From NCBI GenBank assembly GCA_000092065.1, contig CP000586.1: DNA of 64,000 bases. The stretch is one strand, 5' to 3'. Shown piece by piece: positions 53,701 through 62,040 of this stretch; within the stretch, counting starts at the first letter, position 1; each line of letters begins with the position of its first letter. The DNA comes from Ostreococcus lucimarinus (lineage: Eukaryota). The notes under the pieces are model-generated. The model did no database searches and had not been told where the DNA came from. It was given only the letters and a program-made list of their open reading frames with translations. Position numbers and translations under genes: made by a program.

Positions 53701-55026
53701 CAAGAGTACAAGCGTGCGCATCATTGGGTTTTCGCCGCGGTCGATGCCGTTGATGACATGCGCGACGGAATCAACCTCGAAGACTTCATGGCGGACACGC
53801 CCGAGGCTGGACGTCTCGCCGCAGTCAAGGGCGTGAAGGCGTGGTTAAAGGCGCATCCCATCGCACGCCGGCCGCTTGTGCCAGCTTCGTCACAAGTCGC
53901 GACGGAGGAAGCGATTCGAACGCTCGTGAGCACGACCGCCGGTGGTGGTAAGCAGCCCAAGGTGGTCGATCTCGAGGGCGTGTCTCCGCTCTTGCTCATG
54001 CGCCCGGTGACCGAAGGTGCCATCGTCGACTTGTACGCCGGTGGTGATTTCGAACTCGGCGATCGCGTCATCATGGTAGGAGACAGTGGTCAACCCGCGT
54101 TTGGTTCGCGCGGCGCGATCGTCGCCGTGCACACGTACACGGACGCGCACACGCAAGACGCGCACGCTGAATCTGTGGAAGTGTTGTTCGACGAAGACTT
54201 TGTCGGCGGTAACGATCTTCACGGTATGATTCCAAACAAACGCGGCGCCATGCTTCCGGTGGCGCAGCTCATCAACTTGTCGCACCCGCCTGCAATGCCG
54301 AACCTCGGCAGCGCGGCGCCCAAGGTTGTGGTTAAAGACGCCAAGGGTGATATGAGCGCTCCGACGCAGTGGAGCGAGCGGGCGCCCAAGATCGAACGCG
54401 AAGTCGTCGTGCAGCCGAAACTCCCCGAGAAGGACAGCAAGGGCTTCGCCAGCGCGAAGGGCGCTGGTCGGGGCAAGGCGAAAGCAAGCGCCGCTCCGTC
54501 ACCAGCGATGATTCCGAGTAACGCGCGCATGCTCTCGATGTTGAACAACGCCAAGATTGCCTCCGTCGAAGCCAAGGCGGCCAAGCCGAAGAAGGCACCG
54601 ATGAGCGTGGCCGAGCTCGAGGCGCAAATGCTCAAGATGATGTCGCCTCCGAAACCACCGGCCAAGCCCGCGGATGGGTTGAAAAAGAAGCCGATGAGCA
54701 TCAAGGAGTTGGAGGAGAGCATCTTGGCCGCCGCCGCCTCTGGCGACGCGCCGCCCGCGCCGCCGGGCCCCAAACCGACCGAATCCCCCAACCCTCCGCG
54801 CAAGCCGAGAACGAAGAAACCAGTCGCCGCCGAGCCCGCCGCAACGCCACCGCTCCCTCCGACCCCACCACCGATGCCATCCGCCGCCATGCTGTCGAAA
54901 ACCGCCGCGAACGACGCGTCCGAACCCGCGTCGAGCGCCGAAGCCGAAGCCGAAGCCGAAGCCGAAGCCAAGCCCGCGACTCGCCGCATGGTTCCCCGCT
55001 TCCTTCTTCGCACCGGTAAATCGTGA
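50749..55026 (+). CDS. XRN: 5'-3' exoribonuclease (XRN family) with a long C-terminal extension. It ends in a (GCCGAA)5 tract coding an AEAEAEAEAE repeat
   Basis: ATG at 50749. N-terminal nuclease domain MGVPKFFRWLAERYPLLQQEI...LYLDMNGVIHNC plus the conserved XRN core to about 650 aa. A low-complexity basic, proline-rich tail. The hexamer repeat lies at 54937..54966. Confidence 0.85.
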   Translation: MGVPKFFRWLAERYPLLQQEIAGNQIPGIDNLYLDMNGVIHNCSHGAGTDVNTRMTEDEMMSKVFAYLDHLFRMTRPNKMLYMAIDGVAPRAKMNQQRSRRFRSAAEAAKDREEARARGEPEPEGEPFDSNCITPGTEFMARLTEHLKFYVRKKQTEDPLWAKVTVILSGHEVRGEGEHKIMEHIRWARTQPDWEPNQTHCLYGLDADLIMLALVTHEPHFCLLREVVKFGGGEKGQPSREILSNPTDDGFILLHIGLLREYLDLEFREKNLPFGYELERVIDDFILLCMLVGNDFLPALPTLNIAEGALNTLFKVYHDTLPMLGGYITGDEGGGTFNPERLEKIMSIMATFERQVLEERAMDVEKEEEKKSRRKGRNGGSASDLTPEEKFDKDLSEMSDTEGVPQVSADPTMMNAAKRALILEGGEEGLQAWKDTYYREKLGLKIGEAAPLGEIRQAYFDGLNWVLRYYYRGVASWTWYYPYHYAPMASDLCAGMGGLTSEFDYGEPFKPFEQLMAVQPPSSSKLLPEPFRHFMEDPQSPLAEFFPEDIKVDFEGKRNDWEGVVLLPFLDADRLKAAVASVEPSQLTAGQIARNVPGNLIYFNHAPSGAGDVQSTLPKSFAGLFPAKSKMTMRMPPGEFPDEMKCFGGEDSVFPGTTLGLDSPSGFPTIRTLPVSGSLKTAGVKVFGNASKKESLIIQINGVDVNLVGNLAGVGAKDIAPSLVNKRVQIKWPYLQEALVVGVSDSKERIVPVIGKPNELASKPNNATEWSADMEKVTREYLEKYGVSAGRSNIALHCRACEGLVRHPDGSLQKRFSKTEMTVPIQLVIAKHNAPSTRMDERPALDVGESTGDFVDGDVALFLGRSNFGALAVVTDVSPAGLGVSLHPVPLDTGLSRRILKGVGQRYMASGEMARKLGVNPKVIGCLTGAVWVQESAKASRGDRVDVGLNLKHNGKMLCVAGYCRPTQGDKPGWEYSQEALRVLQEYKRAHHWVFAAVDAVDDMRDGINLEDFMADTPEAGRLAAVKGVKAWLKAHPIARRPLVPASSQVATEEAIRTLVSTTAGGGKQPKVVDLEGVSPLLLMRPVTEGAIVDLYAGGDFELGDRVIMVGDSGQPAFGSRGAIVAVHTYTDAHTQDAHAESVEVLFDEDFVGGNDLHGMIPNKRGAMLPVAQLINLSHPPAMPNLGSAAPKVVVKDAKGDMSAPTQWSERAPKIEREVVVQPKLPEKDSKGFASAKGAGRGKAKASAAPSPAMIPSNARMLSMLNNAKIASVEAKAAKPKKAPMSVAELEAQMLKMMSPPKPPAKPADGLKKKPMSIKELEESILAAAASGDAPPAPPGPKPTESPNPPRKPRTKKPVAAEPAATPPLPPTPPPMPSAAMLSKTAANDASEPASSAEAEAEAEAEAKPATRRMVPRFLLRTGKS

Positions 55027-55224
55027 TCTGAGATTTGATTCGTAGAGACGTCGTCTCGACGGCGTCGGTATAACACGTTTGTAGTAGATCTGTACGCGTC
55101 TCGCTCGCGCCGTCCTCGCTCGGAGGGTTTAGGCCTCGCTGGCTGCCCGCTTATCCATCATCGCATCTTGTCGCCCGTCGCCCGCTTCGCGCGCGCACTT
55201 CGCGTCGCTCGCGGTCTCGACGCG

Positions 55225-56013
55225 ATGTTCGCGCGCACGACGTCCACGCCCGCCGCCCTCGCGCGCGCGACGCCTCGCGCTTCGCGCGCCGCGCCGCGCA
55301 CCGCCGCCGCGCGCCCGTCGTCGTCATCGATCGCGCGCGTCGGCGTCGCCGCGCGCGCGCCTCGCGCGGTGCGCGCGCCGACCGCGCGCGCCGACCGAAC
55401 CGCCGTCGTCTCGCGCGGCTTGTTCGACGGCGATAAGGACGAAGGCGGCACCGCGACGGCGCGCGTGAGCACGGACGCGGTGATGATCGACCCGGTGGTC
55501 GGCGCGAAACGCTTCAGCAACTACTTCTGGGCGGGCGTCGTCACCGCGGGCAGCACGGGATTCCTGCTCACCGGCGCGTCGGCGTACCTGCACCACAACC
55601 TGGTGTTTTTCCTCGACGCGACGGACATCAAGTTCTTCCCGCAGGGATTGGTGATGTCGTTTTACGGCGTCGCCGGCGCGATGCTCGCGACGTATCTCTG
55701 GTTGACGATTTCCTGGGACGTCGGCGCCGGATACAACGAATTCAACAAGGATGAGGGAATCATGCGAATTTTCCGCTACGGGTTCCCGGGGAAGAATCGT
55801 CGGGTGAATCTGGTGAGCGATCTCGCCGACGTGCAGGCGGTTCGCGTGGAGATCAGCGAGGGCGTCAACCCGCGGCGCGTGGTGTACGTTCGATGCAAGG
55901 GCAAGCGCGACATCCCGCTCACCCGCATCGGGCAACCGCTGACGCTGGCGGAGGTGGAGCAGCGCGCGGCGGATTTGGCCAAGTTTTTGCAGGTTCCGAT
56001 CGAGGGTCTTTGA
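55225..56013 (+). CDS. ycf4: Photosystem I assembly protein Ycf4, nuclear-encoded, with an N-terminal plastid transit-peptide-like extension of about 80 aa
   Basis: ATG at 55225. The ORF-track start at 55168 is TTG. The mature region KRFSNYFWAGVV...FFPQGLVMSFYGVAGAML..YLWLTISWDVGAGYNEFNKDEGIMRIFRYGFPGKNRRV...PLTRIGQPLTLAEVEQRAADLAKFLQVPIEGL is collinear with plastid Ycf4. The extension is rich in A, R, S and T. Confidence 0.8.
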   Translation: MFARTTSTPAALARATPRASRAAPRTAAARPSSSSIARVGVAARAPRAVRAPTARADRTAVVSRGLFDGDKDEGGTATARVSTDAVMIDPVVGAKRFSNYFWAGVVTAGSTGFLLTGASAYLHHNLVFFLDATDIKFFPQGLVMSFYGVAGAMLATYLWLTISWDVGAGYNEFNKDEGIMRIFRYGFPGKNRRVNLVSDLADVQAVRVEISEGVNPRRVVYVRCKGKRDIPLTRIGQPLTLAEVEQRAADLAKFLQVPIEGL

Positions 56014-56121
56014 CGCATCCTCGTCCTCGCGTCCGCCTTTGCTTTAATCATTGATTTATTCAACCTTAGCGCACCACATTCGCCGCTTCGTTCGCGCGCC
56101 TCAGTCCGCGACGCCCGCGCG

Positions 56122-57276
56122 ATGCCGCGCGAGCGCGTCCGCGACGTCACCGCCGTCGACGTCGACCTCGCGCGCGCGCCGCGCGACGTCCTGACGCGCC
56201 TCGCCGACGAATTGCGACCGCGACTCGACGCCGCCGCGCGCGCCGCGCGCGACGCCTCGCGCGTGTTCTCGCGCGAGCGCGCGCTCCTGGACGCGCTGCG
56301 AAGGAAATCGCGCGCGCAGCACCGGGCGTCGAAGCATCACGGCGCGCTGACGCGCGCGTGCGCGCGCGGGAGGACGTACGACGCGCAGGAGGCGGTGGCG
56401 AAGCTCGAGGCGTTGGCGCGAGACGTCGACGCGTGCGCGCGCGACTCGCGGTTGGCGTACGGAAACGATGCGCTCGTCGTGCCGGCGCGCGCGCGCGCGG
56501 ACGAGGCGATGCGAGCGGCGTGCGCGGCGTGCGCGGTCCTGAGCGAGCTGCAGGGAGCGGGAGAGGATTGCGTGGAGGCGTTCGCGGGGCAGCTCGGTCG
56601 CGGGTACTTCATGGCGCTGAGCGCGACGGCGACGGCGTGCGCGAGTCGGGTGCGGTGCGAGAGCGCGCGGGTGTTGCGGGCGCTCGTCGGCGCGTATAAC
56701 GTCGTGGTGGACGTTCGGGAACACTTACCGCCGCCGGGAAGGTACGACGCGGCGTTCGGGCGACGGCCGCCGGCGGAGTTGCGCGTGGCGACGGCGGCGG
56801 ACGGCGGCGTGCGCGCGACGCCCGTGGGCGACGACGAGGTGCGCGCGGACGAGGAATTGGACGTGTTTTGGGCGTCGGCCGTATCGAACGCGCGAGAGGG
56901 CGCAGAACTGAGCGCAGATGTGAACGTGGAGGCGGACGACGAGCTGAGCGAGCTCGGCGTTCGCGTCGATCGCGACGACGTCGCCGAACGCGACGTCATC
57001 AGGGTGGCGAAGCAGTCGCAAGTGCCTCAGGCTAAGGCGCGAAAATACGAGCGCACTGTGAGTGTGGCGTCGCCATTCGGCGCGCTCACCGCCGCTCCCG
57101 CTGTTTTAAACCCATTCGCGCCGAAAAAACGTCGAAGAAAGAAGAAGGGCGGCGGCGAGGAGCCGCCGACGGCGGGGAAAAAGAAGAAACCGAAGCGGAG
57201 CGACGCGCCAAAAACTGCCGCAGACGCGTTCGAGCGATTGCGTCAAATAAGCTCGTACGGAGGCGGGCCCGACTAG
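56122..57276 (+). CDS. Hypothetical nuclear protein, Ala/Arg-rich, with a C-terminal KKRRRKKK basic (NLS-like) tail
   Basis: ATG at 56122. ORF with normal composition in its centre and C-terminus (GRGYFMALSATATACASRVRCESARVLRALVGAYNVV). No family confidently recognised. Confidence 0.4.
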   Translation: MPRERVRDVTAVDVDLARAPRDVLTRLADELRPRLDAAARAARDASRVFSRERALLDALRRKSRAQHRASKHHGALTRACARGRTYDAQEAVAKLEALARDVDACARDSRLAYGNDALVVPARARADEAMRAACAACAVLSELQGAGEDCVEAFAGQLGRGYFMALSATATACASRVRCESARVLRALVGAYNVVVDVREHLPPPGRYDAAFGRRPPAELRVATAADGGVRATPVGDDEVRADEELDVFWASAVSNAREGAELSADVNVEADDELSELGVRVDRDDVAERDVIRVAKQSQVPQAKARKYERTVSVASPFGALTAAPAVLNPFAPKKRRRKKKGGGEEPPTAGKKKKPKRSDAPKTAADAFERLRQISSYGGGPD

Positions 57277-57396
57277 CGTAGATTAGCGTAGAAATAGTGT
57301 GGTGGTGTACAATACAAAATGCGCGACGACCGAGCACGTTCGTTTGTTCGTTCGTTTGCGCGTCAAACGTCAATCAAGTATCAATCGACACCGCGC

Positions 57397-58137
57397 TCAG
57401 CTCATGAGCGCGAGTATCTCGTCTCTGAAAAGCAACCACTGCCCCGCGATTTCACGCCCGACGTCGCGCGTCAAGCGCGCGTCGTCATACATGACCGCCG
57501 CGGCGATCGCCATCCAAAATACCGCCCACAACCCGGCGAGCGCGAGCGCCACGCGCGTGGTCGCGCCCACCACCACACCGACGCACATCACGAACGTCTC
57601 CGGCGTCCATCGTTTCACGTTCGCGCCGCGTTCGCCCTTCGCGACAGCGACGGCGTCGCCATCGTCGTTCGCCCCGCGACCGGCGATTTCGCACGCCTCT
57701 GGCGACGCCTCGAACGCCGCGTTCTCCCGCGTCGACCACGTCGTCTTCGACCGTTTCACCGCGCTATCGATGTCGCCGTCGCCGTGACGCGCCACGCGAT
57801 CGTCCGCATCGCGCGTCACGAGCGCTTTCCGTTCCGCCTTGACCGCGCGTTCCAACGCTTCGATGCGTCGCTCGTGCCTTTCCGTCATCGCGTCCAGCGC
57901 GTTCGCCATCTCTTCGAGCTCGCGTCGGCTCGCCCGCGCGAGCTGCGTCGCCTTGTTCGCGTCCGCGGAAACGGCGTCTTTGACGTTACGCAGGCGCGTG
58001 CTGAACGTTTCGAGCGCGTCGTCGACGGCGCGTTGAAGCGCGTCGAGACGGACCGAGAGCGCGTCGTCGGCGGCGGTCGTCGTTCGCGCGCGCGCGTCGT
58101 CGCGCGCGGGCGCGCCCGCGAGCGAGACGTCGTGCAT
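57397..58137 (-). CDS. Hypothetical coiled-coil protein with a C-terminal transmembrane anchor
   Basis: ATG at 58137. Heptad-like charged segment (RELEEMANALDAMTERHERRIEALERAVKAERKAL). A hydrophobic stretch (FVMCVGVVVGATTRVALALAGLWAVFWMAIAAAVMY). The overlapping plus-strand ORF 57319..58728 is an Arg-rich shadow. Confidence 0.4.
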   Translation of the reverse strand: MHDVSLAGAPARDDARARTTTAADDALSVRLDALQRAVDDALETFSTRLRNVKDAVSADANKATQLARASRRELEEMANALDAMTERHERRIEALERAVKAERKALVTRDADDRVARHGDGDIDSAVKRSKTTWSTRENAAFEASPEACEIAGRGANDDGDAVAVAKGERGANVKRWTPETFVMCVGVVVGATTRVALALAGLWAVFWMAIAAAVMYDDARLTRDVGREIAGQWLLFRDEILALMS

Positions 58138-58272
58138 CGTCGTGTCGTTACGTTCGAGCGCGTTTTCGCGACGACGAGGTCGTCGCGCGTCGCCGTGTGC
58201 CGTGGGAGACGAACCGACTCTTTGCTGTCTCGTCGCCGAATCGGCGACGCGCGCGCGACCCGAGCGCCGCGC

Positions 58273-59619
58273 TTAATCGTACTCCACACCGGCGAACGCG
58301 AGGCCCAAAGCCGGTGCGGGCGGAGCCGCGGCCCGACGCTCGCGCGACCGGGCGATTCTGAGCAGGACGTCGTCGTCGCCGGCGAAGACGGCGGCTTCGC
58401 GAATCGTCGTGGCGACGAGACAGCGAATCAACTTGCGCAAGAAACGGTCTGCGACGAGCTCGATGACGATGACTTCGTCGGCGTCGATGTCGGTGATGTC
58501 GATGGTGTCGTCGTGAGCGTCGTTTCGGCTTTTCGAGCGCCGAACGCCGGCGGTGACTTTGGAGTCGTTGTCGCTGTCGGCGCCGTCGCCGGGCGGCGAA
58601 GGCAATTTCGCCTCGAACGCCCTCGCGACGCGAAACGTGACGACGGAACTCTTCCCAGGCGGCGTGCCTCGCGCGAAGGCGTGCATATCGATCGGCGCGT
58701 TCGCGCACTCGCGCACGAGCGCGGCTAAGATTCGATCGATGATGCGCGCGTCCAAATCAGCCTTCGGCGTGCGCGACTCGCGAAACGCCTGATTCTTCGG
58801 CAAGCAATACACGTACCGTCGACTCTTCGCCGCGAATGTCGCGTGAAACGCCGAGCCCGTCTCGCGCACGTCCGACACGCGCAACAGACCCGCTTTGCCC
58901 GGCGCTGAATCCTCATTCACCAACCGCTCAATCTCCGCCGCGGAGATGGCGTCCGACTTGCTCCAAAGCGATACGCAGCTGGCGAGCGCGCTCACGCCGC
59001 GATCCGTCCTCCCCGCCGACGGCGTCGGGCGCGTCTTATCCAACACCGGTCGCAGCGCCAACTGCAACGCCGCCGACACCGACGCGCACCCCGGCTCGAA
59101 CGTCCCGTCGTACGCGAAATCCCTCGACGCGTTCCACGCGAAGCCCGCGAACGACGGCCCGTGATACGTACACTTCGCCGCGAACGTCCTTCGTCCTTCC
59201 CTGCGTCTTCGCCCCCCGCTCGCGCCCGCGTCGTCGCCGCTCGCGAACACGATTTCCGCCGCGCTCAATCCGAGCTCGCGCAGGCACGCGTCGCCTCGCA
59301 CGCACCGCCTGAAGAATCGCTCGACGCCGCGCCACGGCCTGTCGTCCGCGAACGCGCTCTGCTGCACCGGGTCCCAGCGCCCGACGTTGAACTCGCATCC
59401 GGCCGTCGCGCCGTCGTCGAGGACCAGGGTTTGACACGGATGTCGCGTCGCGACGCGCGCGTCGTCGCTCGCGTTCGCGTCGCTCGCGTCGCTCGCCCGC
59501 GACGTCGCGCCGACCGGCGGCGGGACGCGCGCGGTCGCCATCGACCCGCGACGCGCGCGCGCGCGCGCGGCGCGCGCGCGCGACGTTCGAGACGCTCGCG
59601 CGACGCGCGCGAGACGCAT
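58273..59619 (-). CDS. tRNA pseudouridine synthase, TruA/Pus family, with an Arg-rich N-terminal presequence-like extension
   Basis: First ATG at 59619. An alternative start lies at 59541. Catalytic motif GRTDRGVSA. Also YHGPSFAGFAW and RRYVYCLP. Confidence 0.65.
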   Translation of the reverse strand: MRLARVARASRTSRARAARARARRGSMATARVPPPVGATSRASDASDANASDDARVATRHPCQTLVLDDGATAGCEFNVGRWDPVQQSAFADDRPWRGVERFFRRCVRGDACLRELGLSAAEIVFASGDDAGASGGRRRREGRRTFAAKCTYHGPSFAGFAWNASRDFAYDGTFEPGCASVSAALQLALRPVLDKTRPTPSAGRTDRGVSALASCVSLWSKSDAISAAEIERLVNEDSAPGKAGLLRVSDVRETGSAFHATFAAKSRRYVYCLPKNQAFRESRTPKADLDARIIDRILAALVRECANAPIDMHAFARGTPPGKSSVVTFRVARAFEAKLPSPPGDGADSDNDSKVTAGVRRSKSRNDAHDDTIDITDIDADEVIVIELVADRFLRKLIRCLVATTIREAAVFAGDDDVLLRIARSRERRAAAPPAPALGLAFAGVEYD

Positions 59620-59716
59620 GCGCGCGCGCGAGGACGCGCGGGCGCGGCGTCGCGCGCCGATGTGCGACCGCGCGCGCGTCCCGGTCGTTCGCTAACGGTC
59701 GTCACTCGACGCCGCG

Positions 59717-60172
59717 ATGCGCGACGCCGACGCCGCGAGCGACGGCGACGACGGCGCGAGCGCGTCGGAAGAGTCGGACTCTTCGTCCTCGGGCGCGCTC
59801 GGGGACGTGGGCGCGCGCGAGCGCGATGAATTCTTCGACGAGGGCGCGGATGCGGCGGACGAGCGCGCCGTCGTTCGCGCGCTCGGTGGCGCCGACGCGG
59901 CGACGACGGACGCGCGCCTGTCCTGCCCGGGGTGCTTCGCGCTGGTGTGCGTGCTGTGTCAGCGACACGAGCGGTACAAGGGGCAGTACCGCGCGGTGTT
60001 CGCGCGAGGGGTGGAGACGTCGACGACGAGCTGTCTGCGGCCGACGGACGACGACGGCGACGGCGCGGACGAAAGGTACAGGGAGGTGACGTGCGCGCAG
60101 TGTGGGACCGTAGTCGCGGTGCAGGATGATGATGACGTGTATCATTTCTTTAACGTGTTCAGCGCGGGGTGA
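59717..60172 (+). CDS. E2F-associated phosphoprotein (EAPP) C-terminal-domain protein
   Basis: ATG at 59717. Acidic N-terminus. Conserved CPGCFALVCVLCQRHERYKGQYRAVF...VTCAQCGTVVAVQDDDDVYHFFNV, matching the EAPP C-domain. Confidence 0.6.
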   Translation: MRDADAASDGDDGASASEESDSSSSGALGDVGARERDEFFDEGADAADERAVVRALGGADAATTDARLSCPGCFALVCVLCQRHERYKGQYRAVFARGVETSTTSCLRPTDDDGDGADERYREVTCAQCGTVVAVQDDDDVYHFFNVFSAG

Positions 60173-60296
60173 TGGTGAGTGATGGGATCGACGACGCGAA
60201 CGCGGCGGGACGGGACGGCTGCTATTTACGTCGTCGCCGAGTAAATTTCTCGTCGCGAGACGTCATTCGTGCGCGCGCGACGAAAACGGCGCGACC

Positions 60297-61931
60297 ATGC
60301 GGAAACGTGCTGACGTCGGTGGATCGATGGCGTACGAGACGATGACACCGGCGTCGCACGGTGAGGGCGAGGACGACGCGACGGCGACGAGCGAGTCAAA
60401 CGCTTTGACCAACGGGATTTTCAAAAGCGGAGATACACGTAAACACGCGCGCGCGGAGACGCCACCGACGCTTCGGGATGCTGCGTGGGACTGGATAAGC
60501 GTACAAGCATGCATCGTCGCAGGCATCATCGTGATAACTGGCTACTTTTCCTTCATATCCACCGGTACGTGGCGCAAGTGCGTGAAATCTCTCGACGTAG
60601 ACCTGCGTGATGCTTCGGGGCGAGAAGAAGTCATTCGAACGTTTCTACGCTGCACTTTCGCGCGCGAACGAGGTAAAAACTATCGACCGTGGCGAATGGG
60701 TGACTTTTCCGTGCTCTTCGTGCGGCTGTCGACGATCACATTTTACGGCGAGGTGATTTTTCACCAGATGAGCGCGTGGCACGTCTCAAAATATCGTAAG
60801 TGGCGCACAAAGTTCGCCGTGCAATCGTTCGCGCAAATGTACATCGTTTACTTTGTCATGATATCGATTTTGGGGTATCACTCGACATATTCTCACATTG
60901 TCGTCCTGAACTCCTTTAGTGCGCTCTTCCTTTGCGGTGCGACGGCGAAGGAGTTTTGGAACACAAAAGGTTTGAGTTGGTTCTGGACGTACTTTTTTGG
61001 ACCTGGCATCATCGGTAGGCCAGTGGTTGAATTCTTCCTCGTCATCGTCGCCGATCCGAACGTTAGCGCGCCTCTCAAGCTCGCCGTGCGGTTCATTTTT
61101 CTGCCCTTACTGTGGGAAACTTTTCGCGGTTTTGAAAGGCACTTCACGAGGTTGAATCCGTCTCCTGGGCCGTGCCTTAATCTTCCGTATTTCATCTCTA
61201 GCACGCTCCAGGAGTCCTTCGTCTCGAGGTATGTGATGTTTCTGCTCTCTGCGGGCGGTGCGGTGAAAAGCATGGCAACCGTGCAGGCGATACTGGCTTT
61301 ACACGAACTCATGATGAACGTCGTGCAGAAGGATCGAGACGTGCACTTGGTTAAGTTATTCCTCGGAAAACAGTCCGCGGAAGCTCTGCTCGTGTCGCGC
61401 AAGCAGCACGATATCGTTGCCTTAAACTCAATCGTCTCTTCATTCGCAGAGATTTGTGCAATCATCGTGATTTCTCTGTACTTGTATGTCTTTCGCATGG
61501 CGAGCGAAGGCAACGAGGACGTCGTCGACTTGAAGGCGTACGGTGTGCAGGCGATAAACTTGATAGCGATCGAAATGGTGCTTTCGTTCTTCATCATGTA
61601 CGTTCAGCAACGGTTCCACGGTATACGACACGGCGATGTTTTCCCTAAAGGGTATTTTTTACGCAAGGGAAGATGGCTCGCCGTGAGCTATAAATTCGTC
61701 GTTTTTCTGTGGATCACCGCCATGATGGCGCACAAGGTGACAATTTATCTCGTTGGTAATCAGTTCCACAAGTACCTGTGCCCGCGTATCAACGATGATG
61801 GGAGCGTCTTCACCTTTCAATGTTCGACAGAGGATTACAAACTCGCGCCAGGAGGGTTTTACTACAACTCGGAGGCGTGGTTGATTCAACAGTACGACTA
61901 TCCCGTCGCCGTTTTGTCGGACAAGGGGTAG
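60297..61931 (+). CDS. Multi-pass membrane protein of unknown family
   Basis: ATG at 60297. About 10 hydrophobic segments. Markedly lower GC (about 50%) than most of the window. A TGTAA signal 64 nt after the stop. No recognisable motif. Confidence 0.5.
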   Translation: MRKRADVGGSMAYETMTPASHGEGEDDATATSESNALTNGIFKSGDTRKHARAETPPTLRDAAWDWISVQACIVAGIIVITGYFSFISTGTWRKCVKSLDVDLRDASGREEVIRTFLRCTFARERGKNYRPWRMGDFSVLFVRLSTITFYGEVIFHQMSAWHVSKYRKWRTKFAVQSFAQMYIVYFVMISILGYHSTYSHIVVLNSFSALFLCGATAKEFWNTKGLSWFWTYFFGPGIIGRPVVEFFLVIVADPNVSAPLKLAVRFIFLPLLWETFRGFERHFTRLNPSPGPCLNLPYFISSTLQESFVSRYVMFLLSAGGAVKSMATVQAILALHELMMNVVQKDRDVHLVKLFLGKQSAEALLVSRKQHDIVALNSIVSSFAEICAIIVISLYLYVFRMASEGNEDVVDLKAYGVQAINLIAIEMVLSFFIMYVQQRFHGIRHGDVFPKGYFLRKGRWLAVSYKFVVFLWITAMMAHKVTIYLVGNQFHKYLCPRINDDGSVFTFQCSTEDYKLAPGGFYYNSEAWLIQQYDYPVAVLSDKG

Positions 61932-61994
61932 TGGCGGTCGCGTGGTTGTTTGTCCGCGAGCTACAAGCGAAACAAACTGTCACAAAGTAGAAGA

Positions 61995-61999
61995 TGTAA
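61995..61999 (+). promoter_or_regulatory. TGTAA putative poly(A) signal for the membrane-protein gene
   Basis: TGTAA 64 nt downstream of the stop at 61931. Confidence 0.4.
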
Positions 62000-62040
62000 T
62001 AGCGATAGGTTTACTGAAACACACCTCCCGATAAAATAGT

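Noticed and set aside
56337-58728. ORFs 56337..56999(-), 56101..56724(-), 57319..58728(+,469 aa) and 57885..58289(-)
   Set aside because: Antisense or alternative-frame shadows with Arg-rich composition. The models I retained have more ordinary composition plus a TM or coiled-coil segment, although those two hypothetical genes are themselves low-confidence.
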